Source: Octopus vulgaris (Eukaryota). Taken from it: a stretch of 64,000 nt of DNA. Of the stretch, positions 1 through 14,345 are shown piece after piece (the stretch's first letter is position 1; every line of letters starts with the position of its first letter). The translations under genes and the position numbers were made by a program. The stretch covers positions 9,734,001-9,798,000 of the forward strand of contig OX597823.1 of NCBI GenBank assembly GCA_951406725.2, written 5' to 3'. The notes under the pieces were generated by a model, which was given only the letters and a program-made list of their open reading frames with translations, searched no databases and had not been told where the DNA came from.

Positions 1-61
1 ACTACTGCTGCTGCTACTACTATTTCTACTACTACTACTAGTACTGCTGCTGCTGTTGCTG

Positions 62-121
<60 letters not shown>

Positions 122-475
122 ACACCATTTAATCAATTACACACATCGTTTGTCACTACACCCACATTATATCGTGGTTACAGTAATACGCACCCGCCTA
201 CTTCTTTCAAAATACTTTTGTTCAGACACACCTTCTCTCTCAGCTCCACCCCATCCATACATTCTTAATTCACAACGATGCATATCAGCACCTCTAACAC
301 CACCAGCGGCATTACCACCGTCACCACCACCACCACTACCACCACCACCACCACCACCACTACCACGAAACCGCACACACAAGTGCTACCGCAAACACCA
401 CCACCAAAAGCATCACCACCGAAAACCACAACCACCACCAAAAGCATCACCACCGAAAACCACAACAGCACCTGT
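1..475. repeat. (CTA)n/(CCA)n low-complexity tract with a short direct duplication (caccaccaaaagcatcaccaccgaaaaccacaac x2)
   Basis: Directly visible triplet repeats; ORFs here are poly-Thr/Pro/Leu readings. Confidence 0.8.
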
Positions 476-838
476 GTTCTCTAGAATATAGAATAACAAA
501 ATCAAAATAACTGTAACAACAACATGCAGCACGAAACACAACATGCAACAGTTGCTGCAAATTGCTCAAAGACACTCCAGTGCAATGCACCGGATTACTG
601 CAACTTATCAGTACCAATGATTGCACATCATACTTCATGTCAATATATGAAGAAGCTTTCAAGATATTGCTATAATCTTAATGGCAATTACCACACCCAC
701 TCCGATCCTGCTTAAATGCATAAATTCATTATTTATGAATATATGTTTTTATGATAATATATGATATATTTGTATGTATATGCATATGTATGTATGTATG
801 TATATATAAAGTTGGATACCGCACGAGTGGAAATATAT

Positions 839-948
839 ATGAAAGAAGGTTTGAAAATGCAATTTTAACGATATTTATTCACTCTAAAAACGTGAAACCG
901 GTCACGTAAATAAACATCTTTAAAATTGCATTTTCAAACGTTCTTTCA

Positions 949-949
<1 letters not shown>
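839..949. mobile_element. Miniature fold-back element (41-bp inverted arms), probable PLE-derived
   Basis: 839-879 is the reverse complement of 909-949 with 3 mismatches; the loop holds GAAAC-CG-GTC (894-903), like a hammerhead 3' half; (TA)n follows. Confidence 0.65.
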
Positions 950-1042
<93 letters not shown>

Positions 1043-1122
1043 TATGTATATATATATATACGTTTATATATATATGTATTTATATATATAATATATATAT
1101 ATATATGCATATATACATGTAT

Positions 1123-1156
<34 letters not shown>

Positions 1157-1291
1157 GCGTGCATACACACACATACACACACGCTTAATTGATGGGGCAA
1201 TTTGTGTTGGAACAGATTTTTTTCCATATTTGGGGACGTTCTTTCTGCCAATGGGCACATACTAAGTATTTAATTTTACTTTATTATTATA

Positions 1292-1344
<53 letters not shown>

Positions 1345-1409
1345 GATTATTATTATTATTATTGTTATTATTATTATTATAATTATTATTATTATTATTA
1401 TCATCATCA

Positions 1410-1450
<41 letters not shown>

Positions 1451-1482
1451 GTTATTATTATCATTATTATTATTATTATTAC

Positions 1483-1510
<28 letters not shown>
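950..1510. repeat. (TA)n, (CA)n and (TTA)n microsatellites
   Basis: Direct reading. Confidence 0.95.
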
Positions 1511-1511
<1 letters not shown>

Positions 1512-1516
<5 letters not shown>

Positions 1517-2280
1517 GTATTTGTCAGAGTTCTTTTCTCGCACATTCCGTGACCTCTTCAATGACCTCTGCTTTACTCCGTGCCTCATTTCCTGTGTGAT
1601 CCATCTTGCCATTCCGCTGTATGTATCACCATCCGCGCGTCCGCTTGCGTCTGTGTCCACGTGTGTATCAACATGCTTTTGCATATGTAAGCATGTTTTT
1701 GTGCGTGCGTATGAGTTTGTATATTACACTGTTTGTATCCGTACCTACCTCCCCCTTTTTGATTTTTTTCTCTATTATGTTTTCAGTCGTCATATTGTGA
1801 GGCAGTGTTGTGTGTATGGCCTTCGTAGACTGTTTGAGCATTGTGTCAATTCTGTGTGGAGAGGATCTTAAATTTTATGTTTTCTACCCAGCAGCCATGT
1901 TTTAGTTTAGCATGCTGGTTTAGCATTGATAAACTTTTCTCCACCTTGGGATTCCGCTGATAAGCCTTTATCCTTTCTCATATGCTACAGGCTGTTTCTC
2001 CACGGTATGTCATCGTCCTGTTTCTTCACCAGTGTATCAGATGATACACTGGTTTGTCAACAAATACGACGATTTGGTAATATTCTTTGTTATGTTATGA
2101 TTTGACCTTCTGTATTTTCTCATTATCCAGGATTTACTCCCCTGTGGCGTCATTCTTTGCGATGGTCTACAATATAATCATAGTTATTTTGTACATTCTG
2201 ACCCAGTCCTTTGGCTGCACACGGAAAACTATATGCAGCGGATGAAGTGTTGTTTGTGTCCCTCTAATTCCATTGAGTCG
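1512..2280 (-). pseudogene. Old, decayed Penelope-like element 3' fragment (GIY-YIG remnant plus 3' UTR)
   Basis: Minus-strand translation TYRGETACSI*ERIKAYQR...SMLNQHAKTK...ENIKFKILST matches [19 protein letters not shown]...[11 protein letters not shown]...[10 protein letters not shown] of ORF 19430-20110. Not present in the ORF track. Confidence 0.75.
1523..1565 (-). ncRNA. Decayed minimal hammerhead-like motif in PLE 3' region
   Basis: GUCA-UUGAAGA-G-GUCAC-GGAAU-GUGCGA-GAAAA-GAAC-UC-UGAC; homologous to the motif at 20647-20691. Confidence 0.55.
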
Positions 2281-2336
2281 GATATGCGGGACGCGTTTCA
2301 TACATGCGCGCGTGCACGCACATACATGCAAATATA

Positions 2337-2567
2337 TATTTCTTTACTACCCACAAGGGGCTAAACACAGAGGAGACAAACAAGGACAGACAAACGGATT
2401 AAGTCGATTCCATCGACCCCAGTGCGTAACTGGTACTTAATTTATCGACCCCGAAAGGATGAAAGGCAAAGTGGACCTCGGAGGAATTTGAACTCAGAAC
2501 GTAACGGCAGACGAAATACGGCTACGCGTTTCGCCCGGCGTGCTAACGCTTCTGCCAGCTCGCCGCC
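2337..2567 (-). mobile_element. SINE family B (tRNA-like head, ~230 bp)
   Basis: A-box TGGCAGAA, B-box GAGTTCAAATTCC, core gcctttcatcctttcggggtcgataaattaagtacc; many similar copies in the window. Confidence 0.9.
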
Positions 2568-2670
2568 TTACATACACACAAATATAGTTACACAAAAACT
2601 CAAACACATGTATACATTGACACACACAAACACGCGCATATATTATATACATATATGCAAGAAAACGAGG

Positions 2671-2717
<47 letters not shown>

Positions 2718-2799
2718 ATATATGTGTGTGTGTGTGTGTGTACGTGTTCTGATCAATAAGAATACAGACTGTTGTAATAGTAACGAAGCTAGAGCACGC

Positions 2800-2995
2800 A
2801 GAGTGAAGCCAGCAATTGGGAGGAGTAAATCAATTACATCGACCGCAGTATTTGACTGGTACTTAATTTGTCGATTCCCAAAGCAAGAAAAGCGATGTCG
2901 ACCACGGTGTAATTTGAACACAGATCGTAAAGACTGATGAAAAGCCGTTAAACATTTTGCTCAGCCTACAAACGAATCCTCCAGTTCGCCGCTCT
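2800..2995 (-). mobile_element. Diverged SINE family B copy
   Basis: Degenerate match to the family B core and head. Confidence 0.65.
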
Positions 2996-3161
2996 TAACG
3001 TATCTCCATATTGAAATTATATAGAAGCAGGTGTAGTAGGGTAGTATGACGTTTACTTCCAAATCGCATGGGTTTTGGTTGAGTCCCATGGCAACTTGAG
3101 CGATTGTTTACGGGTCGAAAAAAGTTTGATTTCGCAGACAGAAACTGAAAGTGATCCGTCG

Positions 3162-3223
<62 letters not shown>

Positions 3224-3244
3224 TGTGTGTGTGTATATATATAA

Positions 3245-3410
3245 GCGTAGGAGTGACTGTGTGGTAAGAAACTTGTTTACGAATCACATGGTTCCGGGTT
3301 AAGTCCCACTGCGTGGCACCTTGGGTGAGTGTCTTCTACTATAGCCTCAGGTCGACCAAAGCCTTGTGAGTGGATTTGGTAGACAGAAACTGAAAGAAGC
3401 CCGTCGAATG

Positions 3411-3441
<31 letters not shown>

Positions 3442-3730
3442 CTATATATATCTATACATATAAATATATATATATATATATATCTATGTGTGTGTGTGTG
3501 TTCGTGTATGTGTGTATGTTTGTGTGTCTGTGTTTGTCCCCCCAACATCGCTAGACAACCGATGCTGGTGTGTTTACGTCACCGTGACTTAGCGGTTCGG
3601 CAAAAGAGACCGATAGAATAAGTACTAGGCTCACAAAGAATAAGTCCTGGGGTCGATTTACTCGACTAAAGGCGGTGCTCCAGCATGGCCACAGTCAAAT
3701 GGCTGAAACAAGTAAAAGAGTAAAGAGAGT
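3245..3730 (+). mobile_element. SINE family A (tRNA-derived head, CORE-like ccttgggcaagt block, internal TA/TG microsatellite, taaaagag tail)
   Basis: B-box GGTT(C/A)AGTCCC, similarity to at least six other copies, tandem tail. Older fragments at ~3025-3165 and ~3900-4135. Confidence 0.9.
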
Positions 3731-3808
3731 ATATATATATATATATATATTTAAAATTTTTTTATTTTATCTAGTTTCAGCTCACGAGCTGTGGCCATGC
3801 TGAGGCAC

Positions 3809-3851
<43 letters not shown>

Positions 3852-5189
3852 TGTGTATGTATTTTGTGTTTGTATGTGTGTGTGCGCTCGAACATGCGTG
3901 CATGTGTTCCTTTGTGTTTGTGGCTGTCCCTCAGTATCGCTTAACAACCAGTGTTGGTTCGTTTATGTCCCCGCAGTCGAAGAAGCTATTCGGCAAAAAG
4001 AGACCAATCGATTAAGTACCAGACTTAAAAAACAAAAGCACTGGGTGGGGGTGGGGGCGTTCTTTTCAACTGCACTCCTCAAGGTGGTGCTACAGCATGG
4101 CCGCAGTCTACTCACTGAAAGTAGTAAAAGATAAAACATGAAACATGGAAGCAATGAACAGTAGCTGTTATGCTGAAAATAATGGGTGAAGGTTATCAAG
4201 TTAAAACGAAGGTGAAGACGATGATGGTGGAGATATTAATTCCGTTTTCCTATCTTCCAGTCCGTCGTTCTTTCTTTGGATTAAAGAATTTGTGGAAGAA
4301 AATCAAACTCCCAGAAGCAGATGATTGGGAGCTACTGTTGATCTTATATAAAGTCAAAAATGGGAGAAAAATTCTATTAGGTTTCTCATGAAAAAAGATC
4401 CATCCCAGTCTAGGTAAATGCTGCTTTGTGGCTTATTACCTACGATTTTGAGATAAGGCATCGGTATCAATAGATATTTATATTTAATTAAATGGATCTC
4501 TAGCGTCATCTACCATACAGAATAATGATTTACTTAACCAGTATTGCACCAGGGAAAAAATAACGAAACGGGCGGAAAAATGTACACGACAAGGTTATGA
4601 AGGGAAAAATTGCACTAGCAAGAGATAGGGAGAGAAAAAGAAGAAGGTGTGCAGGGAAAGAGAAAGATATAGAGAGTGGGATAGAGAGAGAGAGATAGAG
4701 AGACAGATGGATAGAAATAGAGAGAGAAAGGGGTGGAGAAAGTGAAACTGTTTGTGAGAGAGTGACAGTGGAAGTTCAATAAGGAAGTAAACGAGTGCTA
4801 GTGAGAGGAGCATAGGTATTATCAGAAGAAGAAACGAGCTATTCAATTTCTATAGCTTCCGATAGCGAAGTTGGAATGCTGCAATTACAGACTCCAATAC
4901 ACAACAATGAATGATTCGTTCTATTCTATATAACTCAGTGTGACATCATTCCGTATTTTGAGCAGTACTAGATATCCTTTGTATCGCATGCTATGTTGTA
5001 TAATGAAGTATTTAATGACCTTTTAATTCTTCATACGAATGGGAAATGTCGTCTCACACATTCGCATGCGTCCATATGCAATAAATATATACATGCACAC
5101 TCTCGTACACATGCGCGTGCACACACATATATTACTGAGAGAGCGAAAGAGGGAAAGAGAGAGAAAGATATATATATATATATATATAT

Positions 5190-5258
<69 letters not shown>

Positions 5259-5721
5259 ATGCTGTAGGTAGGAAAATATAAGTTTGAATATATGCTCGGA
5301 ATTCACTACTGCATGATTATAAATCGTTCATATATACAAATAGATTATAGCGAATTGTTGAAGGGTAGGATGAAATGCTTATTAAATAACTGTCGTAAAT
5401 ATCACATTAGCACCAATTACCTCTTTGCCTTTTTGTGCATCGAAAAAGCCCTAACGCTAAAGATGTGTACGCTGATGAAATTTATAAATACTTTCCAACC
5501 AACCTAGGCGCATTGCTTAAAAATTTCATTTCGTGAATATTTGCTCTTTAGATCCTGTCGCACCTCACATTTAGTTTGTATTTTCTAACATAATTTCGAT
5601 TTAATCATCGTGTTTATGTGTTCAATTTGGTAGATGTTGGTAAAAAAAAAATGAACCAGAATTTAGCCCCGGGGAAGACATTTTCACACGGACGCACGTA
5701 GAAATCAACTCCGTTTGTGTA

Positions 5722-6010
5722 AATAATAATAATAATAATAATAAAAACATTGTGTACAGTGCTCAGGTGCACTACAACTCATCTAAAGTTTATGTATAAT
5801 CAGGTTTAGTTTCGGAAAGCATGAGGGCCTTAAAGGATGCCGTGTCATGCCAGTCAACAACCGACGCAGGCAGTTTATTCCATGCTTCAGCAACTCTGAG
5901 CGTGAAAAAATGTTTCCGAAAGTCATGGGAGCTGTGTTGTTTTCTGACTTTGTAGGCATGTCCACGTGTGTTAGACACATGAAGATCAAAAAGGGTCAAA
6001 AATCGCATGA
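5722..6010 (-). mobile_element. CR1/L2-group LINE 3' end fragment
   Basis: TRGHAYKVRK...FRKHFFTLRVAEAWNKLPASVV C-terminal motif, 3' UTR shared with 20990-21612, short triplet tail. Confidence 0.85.
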
Positions 6011-6211
6011 AGAACGGTTAACTAAACTTCTATTCTTTTAGCAGTGCTGCTAATGAGGTGAAAATGCAACTTGTTCATAGAAGTTAAGTACTCCAGTGAG
6101 TAACTTAAAAAAGATTTATTTCAGTTATGTAAGAGGTAAGAATTGTTATTCACTTATAAATGTGTTTAACGTGTTCAGTATACCAACATGTGTATGTGTG
6201 TGGGTCTGTGC

Positions 6212-6286
<75 letters not shown>

Positions 6287-6589
6287 AATACATACATACA
6301 TACATACATACATACATACATACATACATACATACATACATACATACATACATACATACATAGATATATACTTTTTCCTACAAGTTACTCTTTATTGTAC
6401 TTTATTGATTTTTAGAATAAGGTTTTTATAGTATGCTTTCTATATGATGTGAATAAGATCTTTCATTATTGAATTGTTTAAGAGAGGTTTTTCTCTAAAT
6501 TATATACATACATTATATATTGTGGAATTTTCTTCATAATTGTAAAATTGAATTTTTCCCTTTGAATTTTGGAGTTATATTCCCTACTA

Positions 6590-7688
<1,099 letters not shown>

Positions 7689-7740
7689 GTTAGTATTATT
7701 ATTATTATTATTATTAATATTATTATTATTATTATTATTA

Positions 7741-10700
7741 CTTTTTTTTCTTCTTCTTTCAAATTTTCTTCCATTTCTTGCCGAGTGTCTTCCCGACTCC
7801 TAGGGCAAAGAAACTCATAGTGTATATTGGTAGGCCATTAAACCAAACTCAGTAGTTCGTTCATTTTTATTTTTTTATTTTTTTAAAGTTAAATTAAAAT
7901 ACATGAGCAGCAACAGTTCTCACATCGACAATGCTCTTCTCAATACGTGTGATGTACCAGTTAAGACAATCTTTTGCACTTCTTGCAGGGATGGTAAGCC
8001 AGGGATCATTCTCATATAATTTTCGGTTCCCTTCTTGATCATTCCTAGTGCTCCTACGATCACTGGTATTGTAACCACCTTGAGATGCCACATTTTCTCA
8101 ATTTCAATGAGTAGGTCTTTATATTTTCTGAGCTTGTCAAACTCTTTCGCTGAGATATTATGATCACAGGGGATGCTCATGTCGATCAATAAGCAAACTT
8201 TATTGTTTTGGTCTTTCACAACAATATCTGGTTTATTGGCCTTGATGGTTCGGTCTGTATGTACTGGAAAGTCCCACAGAATGGTTATATTTTCTCCTTC
8301 AGTTACAGCCTCAGGGTGGTGATTATACCACTTGTCGGCAGTTTTGATATTGTAATGCCGACTTATTAGCCAGTGGAAATATTGGCCAACTCTGTCATGT
8401 CTTAATTTATACTCCACTGGTGCTAAGACTTTATATCCAGAGATTAGGTGGTCCACTGTTTCAATCATGTCGTTGCAGAATCGGCATTTTGGGTCTGCTC
8501 CATTTTTCATCACATTGGCCTGGTAGTTCCGGGTTAATAGGCTTTGGTCTTGAGCAGCCAGGATGAAACCTTCGCTCTCTGCTTTTAGCCCTGAGCTCCG
8601 CAGCCACTGATGGGTTTGCTTCTGGTCAACATCAGCTTGTTTGCTGCGGGTCACATATTTGCCGTGCAAAGGTTTCTCCTCCCACCTATCAGCCAATTGC
8701 TCGTGCGTCTTTTTTCATTGCCATCATTTTCACCTTCTTTGCAACAATAGTTGCCGTACTTCCCTCGGGTTGTTCAGTTTGGGTATCCTGCACGAGATCA
8801 ATAGCAATTTTTTTGCTTTCCTTGATGATAGAATGAAGCTTCCTTCGTCTCTCGTGATTTTCCACGAGCTTTAGCATCCAGTCATTCGATATTTCGAGAT
8901 ATTTGGCCAGTCCAATTGTAGTTGTTTTGTAAGCTAGTTCAAATTGGATCAGGCCTCGACCTCCTTGGGCTCTGGGAAGGTAAAGGCGATCTACGTCTGC
9001 CTTTGGGTGGTGCATCCTATTACAACTCAACAGCTTGCGTATTTTTCTATCTATATTCTTTACTTCACTCATATTCCAGTTCAACACATTGTAGCTATAA
9101 GTAACAACTGGAACTGCTAAGGAATTTATAGCTAACACCTTGTTACGTGCATTTAGTTCAGATTTCAGGACTGCACGAACTCTCCTATAACATTCCTTCC
9201 TGATTTTCTCCTTCATGCTTGCATGCTGAATACCAGAGCCTTCATTTATCCCTAAATATTTGTATGTCTGTTCTTGCTCAAGCTCTCTTATGACTGTGTC
9301 AACATCTAACACGACTGAATTTGTGGTCTTCACTTTCCCTTTCTGGAAAGTGGCCTTGGCACACTTCTCAAGTCCAAACTCCATCCCGATGTCATCGCTG
9401 AATGCTTTCACGGTGCGCAATAGGCCTTCAAGTTCATTATTGTCTTTACCATAAAGTTTTAAGTCATCCATATAAAATAGATGGCTTATTTTTTTATTGG
9501 CAATTTTATACCCATACCCTGTTCTGTTTAATTCACTTGTAAGGGGTATTAGGGCTATGCAGAATATTAAAGGTGAAAGTGAGTCACCTTGAAAAATTCC
9601 ACAGTTGATGTTTATATTTTCTGAGGCAAGTACTCCATTAGAGTGGTATAATTGGAGATTCGTATTCCACAACGACATATTGTGCTTCAGGAAGTTTGAA
9701 ATCACAGGGGAAATTTTAAAGATGTCCAGCGATCTCAAGATCCATGGATGCGGTATACTGTCGAAGGCCTTTTTATAGTCAATCCATGCGGTGCTGAGAT
9801 TTCTGCGCTTGTTGTGACAGTTCTCAAGGATCATACGATTGATTAGCAGTTGATCTTTGCATCCGTAAGAGCCTCGGCGGCACCCTTTTTGTTCAATGGG
9901 GAAAATATCGTTCTTCTCCATGAATGCATATGTTTTCTCCGCCAGGATAGATGTTAGGATTTTATACGTGGTGGATAGACAGGTTATAGGCCGATAGTTT
10001 TTTGGAAGGTTGGTTTCGTTATTCTTTGGGAGTAGGTAAGTAATGCCACTTGCTAACCATTCAGGTGTTTTCTTTGGGTCTCTCAAAATTCCATTGAGCA
10101 GCTGAACTAGCTTACCGTGTGCGCACGGGAGCGGTGCGAGCCAGAAATTCGGCACCCTATCTTTACCGGGGGATTTCCAATTATGGGCCTTCGTGAGTGC
10201 CTTTCTTAGGTCTGCTATTGTGATGTCTTCCCATGCTTGTTGTTGTAAATTTTGGTAGGATCCTTCAGTTTGTATAATCCAGTCTGCATTTATGTTGTAC
10301 GTCTTCTTGTCACTCCAAATCCTTTCCCAAAAGTTTTGAACTTCTTCCATGGGAGGGGGGTCTTTAACGGTTACTTTCTCCTTCCCTATTTCTCTGTAGA
10401 ATTTTTTGGCATTGGATGTGAACAGCTTATTTTGCTTGTAAAACTTATTTCTCTTCTCAAATCTTCGTATTCTTTGGGCTTTTGCTTGGACTTTTTATTT
10501 CAGCGTTTCTTTTATTGATATCAGTTCTTCTCTTGGTGAGGATCCAAATTTTCTCTTCATCTTTCTTCCTGTTCTGGATCTTACATCATTTCCACATATT
10601 AGTTCATTTAATATTGATATTTCCCCTCTCATAAATTCAATCTCTTTTTCAATTTTACTTCTCCAGGTTTGATTTCTTCCCAGGTTTTGTTTTCTTTGTT

Positions 10701-11670
10701 TTTTCGGGGGCATACAGCTGGTTTCAATTGCCCTAGCAGAAGCGTGAATAATTTCATTTAACTCAGTAAAATCAGGTTTTAATTCTCGTATTATTTCATT
10801 TGTTCCATAGTTGCCAATTTGGATTTGTTTTTTATTTTGGTTTGTATTTGAGAGTTTATGAAACGGTTCTCTATCATTCATACTTGTATGTCTTACAACT
10901 TCAAGCGTATTCAGGATTTTCTGCCTCATTTCTGCCATAGACTCTCTGTGTTCTTCAGCAAATGCGAGATCTTCAGTTACTGTTGTTTTTTCGTTTTCCT
11001 GGCTATCTTTAACAGGTACAATAGAATTTCTTGTATCTTCAGGCCTTTGCGTACTTTGGTCAGATGGCAGTCTTTCAATTAAGCCTCGTGGCGGGCTATA
11101 CTGTTCATCTGATTCTTCATTTCCTTTGTGTCTTATATTTATGTCATTTTCCGTTGCGTGCTTGATCGCACTTATTTCACTGTCTGTGAGTCTGTTATTT
11201 CTAAAGATATCCCTCCTCACATTTGCTAATTTGTTCTCGTCCAAATAGGGCCTACTGTCTTGATTCCGTGTTCTCCATATACTGTAAGAGTTTGCGGTGT
11301 GTCTCTCTTGAGATGGCCTACCTAATGCATAGTAATAAGCGTATATTACTTCTTTATACTCTTCTCGGGTCCATTTGTTCCGCTTACATTTTTCTTTCTG
11401 TGGTGGTTGTGGTGGTGAACTTGGAGGGCTCGAGTTGGGGGATTTCCCGTTCAAGTGACCATCCATGTCCGTATTCGGAGAAGAGTTTGTGCCAGTTGAT
11501 GACTTTTCGATCCCAGGCTGGCTCTTCCCTGGGGGACGCGCTTCCAGATTAACCATAGGACAAGCGATTTGGTATACTGATTTAGTTTTCCTTTTAGTTT
11601 CCAAAAACATTTTGGTGCTACGATAATGTTATCATTTTTTTGCTTTGATTGGCTCGTGGGGAGACGGCCA
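7741..11670 (-). mobile_element. Near full-length R4/Dong-clade RLE retrotransposon, family 1
   Basis: Single-ORF layout: Myb-like N-terminus (KWTREEYKEVIYAYY), RT, zinc knuckle, PD-(D/E)xK endonuclease, ~180-bp 3' UTR ending in (TAA)n. Confidence 0.93.
7920..11610 (-). pseudogene. R4-like RT-RLE polyprotein (~1230 codons) with one nonsense codon and one frameshift
   Basis: ORFs 10495-11610 and 8689-10350 are in frame across a TAA (ETLK*KVQAKAQRIRR). RT motifs KSPGKD, NYRPITCL, IDYKKAFDS, GIFQGDSLSP, YMDDLKLY. Frameshift in the A-run near 8710 leads to ORF 7920-8696 (KPDIVVKD...IDMSIP). Confidence 0.92.
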
Positions 11671-12627
11671 TCATTGCCGTTACAATTATAATCGTACCAT
11701 TATAGCAGCCGTAGTCGGCTTATTATTGTTATTATCTTCACCATTACCATCACTATCATCATTATCACCACCATTACCATCATCATTATCATCATCACCA
11801 TCACCATCACCACCATCATCATCAATGATATTGTTTTGTGTAGTCACAGCAGTATCTTATTATTGTTATTTTTGTTTTTTTATCATTATCACCATCACAG
11901 TAGTGTCTGTCTGTCTCGTTGGCTGGCTTGGTGGTTGGCTGGCTGACTGTCTTCAATGCCAGAGTTCTTGCCTGTCAAATAATACTTTCATATTTGGTTA
12001 ACAATAGAGCCAAGGTGAGGTTTGTGTGTGTGTATGTAGATAGATAGATAGAATATCAGCACTATTACTATCTTTTTTTTTTTTTTTTTTTGGGGGTGGG
12101 GTCAAAAAAAAGTTCAGATGTTTACTACTATTAGCCTTAAGAAAAAATTAAGGAAGGGCTGTTCTGTATTGTTTGTGAATAGAGAAGTTGTGTTCGACCA
12201 GAGAGAATCTTAGCATCATCATTTTTTTTCCATGTGCGTTTGTGTTATTGCAATAAAAAGTGTTTGTATATTTCGTGTAAGGTAATATTGTGGAGGTTGA
12301 AGTTGACTTTTCTAGAGATGTTTGTATGTCCAGTTAGAAGAACAGGTGTGTTTTTGCAATAAAAAGTATATGTTTACATTTATATTTGAATATTCAGGGA
12401 GGAAGCAAAGAAAAGTCAGATTTTCATAGAAAGTTTTACGGTTTTGAAAGTCCACAAAAAGAAAAGCGTGATGTTTTTAGAGAGAAGAAAAAAAAAGGAT
12501 GTTTACAGAGGCAATTGTGGGTATCAAAGTTTTTAAAGCTGGTCGAATGTATGATTGAAAACTGTAGATATGTAAATTTGTAAATTTTCTTAACTTATTT
12601 TGAAGGGCTGTTCTGTATTATTTGTGA

Positions 12628-12734
<107 letters not shown>

Positions 12735-12804
12735 ATAATAGTAGGGAATATAACTCCAAAATTCACAAACTGTACATATATATACATATATGTATACACA
12801 CGCT

Positions 12805-12835
<31 letters not shown>

Positions 12836-13199
12836 TTATATGTATTCATGTGTGTGTGTGTAATTTACAGGAACGATCAAGAGAGACAGTTAGCAGGGTA
12901 GCCAAATGTCACATAAATGTCTAAGAAATTAGTAACCACACTTGCATGGGTGATAATTCCGAGGAGAAGTGAGACGTGCTTTGGAGAACATAAGAGCAAT
13001 GGAAAATGGAGACAAACGCACAAGATATTATTCAAATCATTTATAGCACCATATCACCAGCATCTTTCAATTAAGACATTAAAATTAATCCAAGAGGAGG
13101 AATAACGTATCAATATCATCAGGGAGGTGATTATAAACAACGGTGCTCATTAATAAGCCACTTTTACATATGTAAGAGACTATAATATATATATATATA

Positions 13200-13460
13200 T
13201 CATCATCATCATCATTTAATGTCCGTTTTCCGCAGAGTTTCTACAGCTGGATGCCTTTCCTAACGTCAACCACTCCACGAGTGTAGTGGGTGCTTTTTAC
13301 GTGCCACCTGCACTTTTACGTGCCACCTGCACAGGTGCCAGGGTGTCCGGCATCGGCCACGATCGGTTGGGGCTTTTAACGTGCCACCGGCACGGAAGCC
13401 AGCCTGGGCGGCGCTGACAACGGCCACGTTCGGATGGTGCTTTTTATGTGCCACCGGCAC
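13200..13460 (-). mobile_element. SINE-like fragment with tandem gtgccggtggcacgtaaaa-type modules and (ATG)n tail
   Basis: About five palindromic gtgcc..ggcac modules, an aggaaaggcatccagctgtagaaac block and (CAT)n on plus. Resemblance to Nin/Deu-domain, RTE-tailed SINEs is from recall. Confidence 0.55.
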
Positions 13461-13748
13461 ATTAATATATATATATATATATATATATATTAATTATATA
13501 TATTAATTATATTTCCTTCATTAAGGTCAATATGTATTTTAGTCAATGTAAGGTTTTTCCTCGAATTTTATAATTTTTATAATTTTTATATAGATACATA
13601 TATATTTTTTTGAGCTCATTTTTGTTTATCGCTCGAAGATTGACCGTTATGTCTAAAGGGCCAATCAAGCAAGTCCATTTTTCTTTAAAGGTGTAGCGTT
13701 TGTAATAGTCTGGATAGAATTGACATATCGGTTCCATTCTAGCAAAAA

Positions 13749-13786
13749 CTGTCCGATGAACGGCAACGGGAAACTCAGAGTAACAG
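13749..13786 (+). ncRNA. Hammerhead-like motif in probable PLE terminal remnant
   Basis: CUGU-CCGAUGA-ACGGCAACGG-GAAA-CUC-A-GAG-UA-ACAG; stems I and III pair, stem II is weak; AATAAA and (TA)n downstream. Confidence 0.45.
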
Positions 13787-14009
13787 GTTTTGTTGAATAT
13801 TCTGCTGCTTTAAATAAAGTAGATATATATATATATATATATATACACACGCTCACGCACACACTTATATATATACATGTGTGTGTGTGTAATTTACAGG
13901 AAAGATCCGGAGAGACAGTTACCAGGGTAGCCGAATATCACAGGTCTGAAGCTAATATTTTTCTCACTGATGTCAAGTACTCCCTTTTGGGGAATAACTT
14001 CAAGTCGTC

Positions 14010-14030
14010 CATATTATTATTATTATCATT

Positions 14031-14069
<39 letters not shown>

Positions 14070-14148
14070 GTGTTATTTGTTTTTGTTGTTTTTATTACTA
14101 TCATTATTAATATTATTATCATTAAAATTATTATTATTATTATCATTA

Positions 14149-14213
<65 letters not shown>

Positions 14214-14214
14214 C

Positions 14215-14269
<55 letters not shown>

Positions 14270-14271
14270 CA

Positions 14272-14330
<59 letters not shown>

Positions 14331-14345
14331 ATCATCATCATCATC
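14010..14345. repeat. Degenerate (TTA)n microsatellite
   Basis: Direct reading. Confidence 0.95.

Noticed and set aside
10495-11610. Separate ORF1/gag gene
   Set aside because: In frame with the RT ORF across one stop; R4-clade elements have a single ORF.
11640-11700. HDV-like ribozyme at the 5' end of the R4-like element (ggccgtctccccacgag on minus)
   Set aside because: Only a P3/L3-like fragment is visible; P1, P2 and P4 could not be built by eye.
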